A DNA stretch of 64,000 nt from Cycas panzhihuaensis (lineage: Eukaryota > Plantae > Cycadophyta), in contig CM041465.1 in NCBI GenBank assembly GCA_023213395.1, positions 133,059,741 to 133,123,740 of the forward strand. The letters run 5' to 3'. This document shows, in pieces, positions 1-11,414 of this stretch. The position numbers were made by a program, and so were the translations under genes. Position 1 is the first letter of the stretch, and every line of letters starts with the position of its first letter. The notes beneath the pieces are model-generated. The model worked only from the letters and a program-made list of their open reading frames with translations, was not told the DNA's origin and did not search any database.

Positions 1-2155
1 ATGGTAGGTTACAACAAAAACTCAAAGGCTTACAAATGTATAGACCCTAAGAAAAACAAGGTCTATATAAGCAGGGATGTTGTTTTCAATGAACATGATC
101 ACATAAAAGATGCAATAATGGAACAATTGGTTGATGAAATTCCAAAAAGAGCAATACAAATTCAACCTCCGATTGAAAAAGTCTCTAGAATCACTTTAGA
201 AGACATACAAACAAATAATGCAGAGAGGGCATCACAGGAAATTTCCATTGACAGAGAGGAAGAATTGCATCCAAATGAAGCTGAAACAAGCATTGAAGCT
301 GAAGAAGACAAGAAGGAAAAAAAAGTACCAAGATGGTATCTCAAAACCATTGAAGAAAGCAAAGGAGATGTATATGCTCACAGAACAAGAAGTCAGAAGC
401 ACCAGGCTCTATTCACAAACATAGAGCCTCAATCTTTCAAAGAAGCTAAAGGCCATAAGAAATGCGAAGTAGCAATGAATGAAGAAATGGAATCAATCTC
501 TAGAAATCAAACCTAGGATTTGGTAAAGCTGCCTCCAGGCAAACCAATAGTGAATTGAAAATGGGTGTTCAAGATCAAAGAAAATGATGATGGAGAAATA
601 AGAAAATATAAAGCACGACTAGTTGCCTAAGAATACACTCAGACTCCTAGGATAGACTATGAAGGAACTTTCTCTCCAGTAGCCAAACTAGACACTATAA
701 GAGTAGTAATAGCCATAGTAGCTCAAAACAACTGGAAAATTTACCAATTAGACATAAAAAGTGCATTTCTAAATGGCAACCTTGAAGAAGAAGTTTACAT
801 GAAACAACCTGAAGGATTTATTTAGCCTGGTAAAGAAAATTTGGTATGCAGATTAAGAAAGGCATTGTATGGTTTGAAACAAGCCCTAGGAGCCTGGTAT
901 GCTAAGCTAGATAAGTATTTGATTCAGAATGGATTTTGTAGATGCAGTTCATACTCTAGCTTGTACACCAAAAAGAGACAATGTTTGATAACATTCATCA
1001 CAATATATGTTGATGATATGATTCTCACTGGTAGCGATATTGAATAAATTGAAAACATAAGGGCACAACTAAAAAGAGGTTTTGAAATGACTGGTCTAGG
1101 ATTATTAAACTACTATTTGGGGATAGAAATAAGACAAGAAAAAGATTTTTTTTTCTTGTCTCAGAATAGATACATTAAAAATCTGTTCTCAAAATTCACG
1201 ATGGAAGAAAGTAACCCTTGTGTCACACCTATGGAAGTAGGTTGTGATCTCACCCTTGGTGAAGATGAATAATGTGTTGATGGAACCCTCTACAGACAGC
1301 TAATTGGTAGTCTCATATATCGCACAACAACTAGACCTGACATCTCATATGCAGTAACTCTAGTTTCAAGATATATGCAGGATCCCAAGATCAAACATTG
1401 GAAAGCAGCAAAAAGAATCCTCAAATATCTAAAGGGGTCAATTAATTTAATACTTATGTATCCAAAACTGAAAGAAGACAAGTTAATTGGATATTGTGAT
1501 TCAAATTGGACCAAAGACAAAGAAAAAAGAAAATCAACAAGTGGGGTTTGCTTCTTTCTTGGACCAGTAGCAATCTCCTAGAGTAGTAAAAGACAGGCTA
1601 CAGTTGCTCTTTCATCTATAAAAGTAGAATACAAGTCAACAGTCAGTGCAATTTGTGAAGCAGTTTGGCTCAGGCAACTCCTGTCAGATCTAAATCAGCT
1701 ACAAAAAGAACCAACAACACTCTTTTGTGATAATCAAAGTGCAATCAAGTTGACCAAGAACCCAGTTCTACATGCTCAAACAAAACATATAGAAGTCCAT
1801 CATCATTTTATAAGAGAAAAGGTTCAAAACAAAGAAGTTGACTTGTTCTACTGTCCAACAAATGAACAGGTTGCAAACATCCTAACAAAACCTCTCAACA
1901 AAGATAGGTTCATGGTACTTAGAGACAAATTAGGATTGAAGGGATAAAATATGAAGAGAGGGTGTTAGGATATATAATGTTTCATCCAACTAATGTAATC
2001 TTGAGGGTCACATTCCCTCTTCTTGTATCTGTAGACGTGTATGACACGTGTCATCTGTACCAATGTCAATTACAATATACAATAGGTATGTATAAGTACT
2101 TGATCTATCATAATAAACATCAAACATTTTGATATTTCCTCTTGTTGTTTCTACA
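1..2155 (+). mobile_element. Ty1/Copia LTR retrotransposon A1, 3' half (integrase C-terminus, RT, RNase H, PPT, 3' LTR); defective
   Basis: ORF fragments carry Copia motifs (VGY..NSKAYK..ISRDVVFNE; LRKALYGLKQA; IYVDDMI; YCDS..RKSTSG; TKHIEVHHHFIRE), split by in-frame stops. PPT GAAGAGAGGG precedes the LTR. Confidence 0.95.
1963..2155 (+). repeat. 3' LTR of Copia A1 (193 bp, TG...CA)
   Basis: TGTTAGGA...TTCTACA; roughly 90% match by eye to the reverse complement of 11223-11414; contains the palindrome ATGACACGTGTCAT (G-box core). Confidence 0.93.
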
Positions 2156-2334
2156 ATGAGAAGAGAGAAATAATATTGATTTCTTCTTTAATGTGCTATT
2201 GCTATCACCCAACCACATTAAAGAATGTCAAGAGAGAATATCTAATCAAAGCTTTGAGGCTTCAAACCACTACAATGGCGCCGAAATGTGTGCTCGCTAC
2301 TCGCCACCAATAGAACTCAAGCAAGAAGGTAATA

Positions 2335-2844
2335 TGTAGGAAGGATAATGATCACACTACCAAGATTATCGACAAAGAAGCATAAGCATAGTACACACAA
2401 TAGGTTGAAGCAAACCTTATTTCATTACCATGAAGGGAATTGCATCGACCTATGAAGGCCCAAATGTAGGCCCAAAGTACAACAAATCAAGAGCCATCAA
2501 CCCAATATACAATGAGAGATACAAAGGAAGAAAGGGGAGAAAGCTCAATGCACTCACACACACACACACCTCTTCCGTGTACATGAATGCTCCTTTTATA
2601 GGCTTTCCCCCTAACCATCTTCTAACTAACTTTCAACCAATTCCCAACTAACTCATTAATGGTTGTTTGTTAACAATGACAATAATTACATTAGTTGTCA
2701 TGATCGCGATCGTGATCCTGATTGTGATCCTAATCTCGATTGCTATCCTAATTGCAATCCTAATCTTGATTGTGCTATTAATTACAATCCTGCACCTAAA
2801 TATAATCATGAAAGTTTTCAAAGCAAACCTGTTATCATCCTACA
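2335..2844 (-). mobile_element. Probable solo LTR (~510 bp)
   Basis: Terminal inverted repeats TGTAGGAAGGATAA / TTATCATCCTACA; TATAAAA on the - strand near 2595-2600; internal degenerate hexamer repeat at ~2695-2790; no convincing TSD. Confidence 0.55.
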
Positions 2845-2999
2845 CACAAGCACAAATAAATGTTAGATTTCTATGTAGGAAACTCAAGACTTGAAATAAA
2901 TGCAGACGTGTGAAGGATTAATCCAAACTCCCTTGAGGAAGTCGTTAGTCAAGCATGCTAGTCAAAAGTCTATGACCTAGCCATGTGTGATAGGTACAA

Positions 3000-3850
3000 A
3001 ATACCAAGAAAAAGAAACATACCAACAAAGAGCAATCCAAACCCCTTCAAGAAATGGAATGAAAGGGTAGCAGTAGACTGAGTTTCGCTAAGAGAACAAC
3101 AAGAAAGACAAAGGAGAAGAGAGAATAAACTTTGCTTCCATTATGATAAAAAATGAACCCAGACCACCCTAAATTTTGTAAGAAAACACATAAATAATTA
3201 TATGCAACGAAATCAATAGATGACACATTGGAGTCTAATTTAAAGGATGAAGTAAAGAAGGAACAAGAGCCACCAATAGTCCCTGACCAATTGAAAGTCT
3301 CATTAGAAAACAAGTCTATAAAAAGCAAACACCTTAAAAGTAAATGGGTTTATAAAGAAAAATAAGATGGTGGTACTAATCGATTTTGGAAGCACCCATA
3401 ACTTCATAGATACTAAGAAAGCTAAGCGATTAGGATCCACTACAAAACAAATGTTAGATTTTAGTCTGACAATTCTAGGAAATAGGATCACACAATGCAA
3501 TGGGGAAATAAATAAGTCTTAAACTATGGGGTTTTATACCCTAAACTTGTGCTTTTACTCATTAACCATGGGCAGAGTTAACATAGTCCTTAGCGTACGA
3601 CGGTTGAAGACACTAGGAACCTACAACACCAACTTAAAGAAAGATTTATGATATTCGTAAAAGATGGGATTGAATACACTCTGAATGGAACAAAAGTACT
3701 AGGCCTTCAAGTGATAGATTCTAGGAAAAGTTATTGAAGAAAGAGCCTATAGGTTATATAAAGTGCTTATATTCTATGGTACCATAACACATGAAATTGA
3801 GAGGATAGAAAACTCAGAGGATACAACAAACCAAACAATAGAGAAGATCT
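3000..3850 (+). pseudogene. Degenerate Gypsy gag-end/protease fragment
   Basis: Reads TLKVNGFIKKNKMVVLIDFGSTHNFID (retropepsin D[S/T]G-like region) near 3330-3410, with stops and frameshifts around it. Confidence 0.75.
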
Positions 3851-3960
3851 TGTAGGAATAACAAGATTAACTTAAATCAAAGTGTACATCAAGGAATAGG
3901 GGACTTCCCTATTTATAGGTATCAAAATGCCTCCTCCCCCCTAAAAAATTGCCTTCAATG

Positions 3961-3991
<31 letters not shown>
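3961..3991. repeat. (AAT)n microsatellite inside the element B LTR
   Basis: About 10 perfect AAT units. Confidence 0.95.
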
Positions 3992-3993
<2 letters not shown>

Positions 3994-6603
3994 TGTTCTG
4001 TTATAAAAAAAATGGCTTTAATAATAAAAAAGTACCAACTAAGGTTGTGAGGGTTCACAAGAAGTCCCCTCCCTTAGAAGAATCACTTTGCTCACAAAGC
4101 ATTACTAATGATGGGTGATCCCTAATAAATTATTTTTCTTTCCAAGTTGACTCATTGTTCTAATCCTTTGCACTTGATAAGGTACTTTGTCATGGTTCAA
4201 TACCCGAGTTTCCGTTGGCAAATATAGAGGATTCCTTTAGGTTCTACCACGAGCTTCTCTTCTTTATCTCTGATTGATAGTTTAGTCATTGGTTTGAAGT
4301 GGAAGCCCATTTTTTGCTTAAGGCAAGATATGTGGAGGACATCATGAATACGGATCCCTTGAGGTAGTTCGAGAGCATAAGCCACCTCATTGATTTTTCT
4401 TTGGATTTTATATGGGCCATAAAATATGGGCATTGGTTTAAACTTGCCCTGCTATTTGAGAGACGATTATTTGTATGGATATAATTTCATATAAACCAAA
4501 CCTCAAACCTTGAATTGCCTTTCAATTCTTGTTCAGTCATCTTGTTGCTTCATTCAGTTCCTCACAATATTTTAATGATCCTTGAGCTCCTTCAAAACCT
4601 TCTCTGATTGTAGTATGAGTTCTTCGGTAGCTGGGTTTTTGCTGTGGCTCGAATGTAGTCCACCAAGGTGGGAGGCAAGTAGCCATATAACGCCATGAAG
4701 GGTGTTGTCTTGATGGACAAACAGAGATTGGTGTTGTACCAATATTCAGCCAAGTGGATCCCTTTTACCCAATGGGATTAATTATCTCCAGTGTATCACT
4801 GCAAGTATGTCTCTAGACTTTTGTTAATTGCTTTTGTTTTATCGTCATCCTGAGGATGGTATGTAGTTCTCATGGCGAGTTGAGTGCCGACTATCTTGAA
4901 TAAATCCTCCCAACAATGGCTTGTAAATTTTGGATCTCTATCACTAATTATCTTCTTGGAAAACCTATGTAATTTAGATATGTTCTTCATAAATGCTTTT
5001 GCTATTTGAGGTGCTTTATAGGATGATCGTATGGCAATGAAGTATGCATACTTTGTTAGGTGGTCCACTATTATGAACAAGGCATTTTTCCCTTCTGATC
5101 TTGGAAGTCTTGTTATAAAATTCTTAGATATCTCCTCCAAGGTCTGCACAGGTCAATTGAGAGGTTGTAGTAATCCTAGGGCTCATACTAATTCTACCTT
5201 TTGCATTTGACATGTTTCACATTCAATGACAAACCTCTTCACATCCTTTTTCATTCTCTTCCAATAAAACAATATCCTTATCCTTTCATATGTTTTGAGG
5301 AATCCTAAGTGCCTAACTATGGGTGATTCATGATGCTCCCTGAGGGCTATTTCCTTAAATCTTAATTCTTGTGGAAAATAGATCTTGTTCTTGTAAAGTA
5401 AGGTATTTCCCTTGCATGCTAGGGAGTTCCTACTAAGACTTCATAATTTTTGTCCATGATGCTCATTGCCTCCTGATCTTGTAAGTACTCTTACCATAAT
5501 TCTTTGAGCCAAGTGGGTACAACTATTGCGATGTTCGAACAACTAGTATATTCAAATTTTCTTGATAAGGCATTTACTATAATGTTTTCCTTTCCCTTCG
5601 TATATGAGACCTCAAAGTTGTAATCCTAGATTTCTCAAACCCATTTTTGTTGCTCCTCTGATAGCTTTTGTTGGGTTAGGAAGTATTTTAAATTATGGTG
5701 GTCTATCCTGACGATGAATTTTACTCCTAGCAAATATTATCTCCATTTTGCCAAGGGATGTAGGATGGCTAACATCTCCTTGCCACACGTACTTTTAGCT
5801 CCTTTTTGTAGGTTAAGATTTCGTGTCTCACGGGCTATGGGGTGATCCTTTTGGAGGAGAGTCATGCCTATGCCCATGCTTGATGCATTGCACTCTACTA
5901 TGAATGGTTGGGAGAAGTCTGGCATGGCTAGGATTGGAGCAATGGTGATTGCCTTTTTATGCTTTTTGAATCTTAAGTCAACATTCTCATCTCAATTAAA
6001 GTTGTCCTTCTTGGTAAGGTTGATTAGGGGTCCAATTTCATCGGCACATCCTTTGATGAACTTTTGGCAATGTCCTGTAACCCCTAAAAATCCTTTGAGC
6101 TTCAATACATTTTTTTGGTACTAACCAATCAAGGATCGCTTATATCTTTCCTAGATTGATTATGATTACTTCTTATGAGATTATGTGTCTAAGGTATTCT
6201 AAGGTCTTTTTTCCAAAGTAGCATTTGGATTTCTTCATTAAAAAATTGTTGTTTCAAAGAGTTTGGAGTATCCTTTGAATGTACGCTAGGTGCTCTTCCC
6301 AAGTTTTGTTGTACACAAGAATGTTGTCCAAGAAAACCATGACAAAATTTCTCAAGAAGGGAGAAAACACATAGTTCATATTTGATTGAAAGGTGGTTGG
6401 GGCATTGGTCAACCCAAATGGCATTATCTTGAATTCATATAGCCCTTGGTGCGTGCAAAAGGCTATTTCCTCTATATCCTAGGGCTTGATTAGGACTTGA
6501 TAATATCCACAGTGTAAATTGACTTTGGTAAAGCACTTTGCCCCATGAAGTTCATCTGTAATGTCATCCATTTGTGGAATGGTGTATTTATTCTTGAGGC
6601 TTA

Positions 6604-9600
6604 TGTAGAAACAACAAGAGGAAATATCAGAATGTCTGATGTTTATTATGATAGATCAAGTACATATATGTACATTTTGTATATTGTAACTGAAGATTAC
6701 ATTAGTTGGATGAAACATTATATCCAAAATGTACATATCTGTACTTGATCTATCATAATAAACATATAATCTATTGGATGATACCCTCAAGATTACATTA
6801 GTTGGATGAAACATTATATCCTAACACCCTCTCTTAATGTTTCATCCCTTCACTCCCAATTTGTCTCTAACTACCATAAACCTGTCTTTGTTGAGAGGTT
6901 TAGTCAGGATGTCTACGACCTGTTCATTTGTTGGACAGTAGAACAAGTCAACTTCTTTGTTTTGAACCTTTTCTCTTATAAAATGATGATGGACTTCTAT
7001 ATGTTTTGTTTGAGCATGCAGAACTAGGTTCTTGGTCAACTTGATTGCACTTTGATTATCACAAAAGAGTGTTGTTGGTTCCTTTTATGGCTGATCTAGA
7101 CCTGACAGGAGTTGCCTGAGCCAAACTACTTCACAAGTTGCTCTGACTACTGACTTGTATTCTGCTTCTATAGATGAAAGAGCAACTGTAGCATGTCTTT
7201 TACTACTCCAAGAGATTGCTGCTAGTCCAAGAAAGAAGCAATACCCACTTGTTGATTTTCTTTTTTCTTTGTCTCCAGCCCAATCTGAATCATAGTATCC
7301 AATTAACTTGTCTTGTTTTAGTTTTGGATACATAAGTCTTAAATTAATTGACCCCTTTAGATATCTGAGAATTCTTTTTGCTGCTTTCCAATGTCTAATC
7401 CTGGGATCCTGCGTATATCTTGAAACTAGACTTACTGCATATGAGATGTCAGGTCTAGTTGCTATAAGATATGTGAGACTACCAATTAGTTGTCTGTAGA
7501 GGGTTCCATCAACACATTGTTCATCTTCACCAAGGGTGAGATCACAACCTACTTCCATAGGTGTGACACAAGGGTTACTTTCTTCCATCGTGAATTTTGA
7601 GAACAGATTTTTAATGTATCTATTCTGAGACAAGAAAAAAAAAGTCTTTTTCTTGTCCTATTTCTATCCCCAAATAGTAGTTTAATAATCCTAGATCAGT
7701 CATTTCAAAACCTCTTTTTAGTTGTGCCCTTATGTTTTCAATTTATTCAATATCGCTACCAATGAGAATCATATCATCAACATATACTGTGATGACTGTT
7801 ATCAAACCTTGTCTTTTTTTGGTGTACACGCTAGAGTCTGAACTGCATCTACAGAATCCATTCTAAATCAGATACTTATCTAGCTTAGCATACCAGGCTC
7901 TCAGGGCTTGTTTCAAACCATACAATGCCTTTTTTAGTCTACATACCAAATTTTCTTTACCGGGCTAAATAAATCCTTTAGGTTTTTTCATGTAAACTTC
8001 TTCTTCAAGGTCGCCATTTAGAAATGCACTTTTTATGTTTAACTAGTAAATTTTCCAGTTGTTTTGAGCTGCTAGGGCTATTACTGCTCTTACAGTGTCT
8101 AATTTGGCTACTAGAGAGAAAGTTTCTTCATAGTTTATCCTGTGATGCCCTCTTAGCATCATTTGTTTCTATGTCTTCTGAAGTGATTCCAGAGACTTCT
8201 TCAATTAGAGGTTGAATTTGTATTGCTCTTTCTGGAACTTCATCAACCAATTGTTCCATTATTGCATCTTTTATATGATCATGTCCATTGAAAACAATAT
8301 CCCTGCTTATATAGACCTTGTTTGTCTTGGGGTCTATACATTTGTAGGCCTTTGAGTTTTTGCTGTAACCTACCATTATACATTCTATACTTTGAGTCTA
8401 ATTTTGACCTCTTTTTATCTGGAATGTGAACAAAGGCTTTACACCCAAAGATTTTTAGATTGCTTATGTCTGGTTTGAGGTTGGTCCAAGCTTCCTCTAA
8501 AGTAATTTGATCCAAAACCTTTGTCGGACTTCTGTTTATGAGATATTCGGTTGTGCTGACTGCTTTTTCCTAGTAGATTTTTAAGATCTGACTTTCTTCG
8601 AGCATGCATCGAGCCATCTCTATGATCATTCTATTCATCCGCTCAACAACTCCATTGGGTTGTGGTGTATATGGAGTTGTGAATTGTCGTTGGATTCCCT
8701 GTTCTTTGCAGAAGTTCAAAAACTCTTTCAAGATGTATTCACCTCCACCATCTGACCTGATACATTTCACCTTTGCTCCAGATTCCAATTCAACTTCCGC
8801 TTTAAATTCTTTAAATTTCTCAACAACCTCATATTTGCAGTATAGAAAATAGATCTAAGTTTTCCTAGAGAAATCATCAATGAAAGTCAAAAAATATCTA
8901 GCACTGTTGATTGAACAGGGTGTGAGAGGACCACAGAGATTAGTAGGTACCTGGTCCAACTTATTTTGTGCTCGCCATTCATTTGCCTTAAATGGAAGAC
9001 GGTGTTGTTTTCCTAGCATACAACTTTTACACATAAGATGTTGAAAAGAAATGTTAGAAATACCATCAACCATTTTATATTTTTGCAACTGCATTAGTCT
9101 ATCAAAAGAGATGTGTCCATACTTCAAATGGCATAATTTGTTATTATTGGTATTAACTGTAGTACATGCTATCTCATTGAAAGTTATAGGTTTGGAAAGT
9201 AACTTATAGAGATCATTACTTTCTATTCCTTTAGCAATTAGTGCTCATTCATTTTTCATATCAAGAATATGACAAAAGCCATTCTCATCAAACATAGTTC
9301 TCAGCTTTTTCTTTCTTAGCTGAGGGACAGAAAAAAAAAATTTCTCAGTCCTAGAACAAAAAGTACATGACCTATTTTTTGTATGCCTCCTTTAATTTTG
9401 ATGGCTATGGTCCCAACTCCTTTGATATTTAGAGGATGTTTATCCCCTAGTTCAACATATTTATGAGAGGTGAAAGGTTTTAGGGATTCAAACCAATCCT
9501 CTTGCCCAGTTATGTGCCTGGATGCCCCATAATCAATGTACCAAACTTTCTCATCCCCACGACCAGCTGAGACAGCTGCTATGAATGCAATTTCTTCTTC

Positions 9601-11414
9601 ATCTTCATCATCATGTTCTTTGTTGAAGTTCTATGCAGGTCGCTTGCCTTTTTGGATTTCGGCTCTTCTTTATGGACATTAGTATGGATAGTGTCCAGAT
9701 CGTCTGCAGTGATAGCAGACATCAAAAGCTCTGCAATTACTTGAGTAGTGTCTTGGTCTGCCATAGTTGAAGCATACTCTAGCCTTTCTAGGAGGTATGC
9801 TCGACCTCTGCGACGGTTGTCTTGACCTCTTCCTCAAGACATACTTCATGTGTCTGGAACTCTGGTACGTTCACGAGATTGACCCCGTCCTCTGGGTTTG
9901 TGATGAAGTTTGGTGATGAATGCATCTTCAATTTCTGTAGTGTCCTCATATCGCTTGTTTCTCTGTTCCTACCTTAAAAGGAGCCCTGTTAATGTGTCAA
10001 GTGTCATATTGTTAATTTGATTGTTATTAGTGATTGTGTTAATCGTTACATCAAATGATTTGGGCAACTTGCTTGCTACCATCTCAACTATCTCCTATTC
10101 TTCAATTTTGGCACCTACACTCAGTAAGTCATTTCTAATGGAAATAATTTTATGAAGAAATTCAGAGATGGTTTCAGATTCCTTCATATGCAATTTGAAC
10201 AAATCCTCCTTAAGTGCTATAATCCGAGCTTTGTTCTTTTGACCATACAAATTCTCAAATAGCTGCCAAACTTCTAAGGACGAATTTACATTCTTGACAT
10301 AGACAAGGAGAGGATCTGAAATGGAAAGCTTCAATGTGATCAAACCTGCGTTGTCCCTTTCTTCCCAACTGAGATAATCTAAATCATCTTCATCTGGTTT
10401 TGGTTCCTTGCCTGTGGCAATTTTCCAGGCATTTTTAGCTCTTAGAAGGGTCTCTATTTTGATTTTCCAAACATGGTAGTTGGTAGCAATCAATTTATCT
10501 TTTTCAAACAATGCTAGAACTGAAGAGGCCATTTTTTTAAAATAAAAAATGTGTGAACAGAGGTCAAGAAAGGGCCCTAGCCATACGACTGTACAAAATT
10601 CCGTATAGAAATCAAGGTGTACAGATACAAACAAAAATAGACTCAAAATTTAGCTCTTGTCACCAGGGTTTCGATTCCAAAGATAGTTTTTGAAAAGACT
10701 TTAAAAAAACTAAGAAAATAGGCCCGAAAGGGTAGAGACCGACGATTAGGGTTTAAGCAAAATCTGCTCAAATCTCTTCAGATCTTCAACTGGAAACATA
10801 GAAAATGGATTCTAATCTTCAATCACAGAGGATTGATGAAATTTGAGATGGATTTACCTAGATTTATGATGAATCAAGACTAAAATCTACAATTTTCTTC
10901 AGAAACCCACGCGGCCAAGAAAAGGGGTAACAGACCCTGAAAACGAGCTTGGATGAAATTGCTCCAAAAGAAAAGAATGACGCCCATGTCAAGGCAAACA
11001 TACAGACCAAATTTCATCAAGTTCGGAGTAGGTCAAAAACTTTAGAGTCCATATAGGTCCGTACTCATCCGTACGATGGATAATTTGACAGTCTGAAAAT
11101 TCCTTCTATAAGATTGTCTTGTCCCTGACCTTCTTGAGACTGGAGAAGTTCAACTAACCCATAGAGCTCTTCAAAGCAGCTTCAAAACTTATGATCATGT
11201 AACCTAACCTACTCTGATACCATGTAGAAACAACAAGAGGAAATATCAGAATGTCTAATGTTTATTATGATAGATCAAGTACATATATATACAAGTTGTA
11301 TATTGTAACCGACATTGGTATAGATGACATGTGTCATACACATGTCTAAAGATACAAGAAGAGGGAATGTGACCCTCAAATTACATTAACTGGATGAAAC
11401 ATTATATCCTAACA
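6604..11414 (-). mobile_element. Near full-length Copia A2 (same family as A1), inserted into the RT of Gypsy B
   Basis: LTRs at 6604-6826 and 11223-11414; PBS TGGTATCAGAG; PPT next to 6827; TSD GCTTA/GGTTA. Gag ORF 10095-10646; integrase (IRSDGGGEY, TPQPNGVVER); RT/RH 7085-7633. Flanks rejoin as Gypsy RT ..RALKWIT|LKNKYTIP. Confidence 0.95.
11212..11222 (-). other. Primer-binding site (initiator tRNA-Met) of Copia A2
   Basis: Reverse complement TGGTATCAGAG lies immediately inside the 5' LTR. Confidence 0.9.

Noticed and set aside
2663-2894. Hydrophobic and Cys/Asp-repeat ORFs
   Set aside because: Translation artefacts of a degenerate hexamer repeat inside a probable solo LTR.
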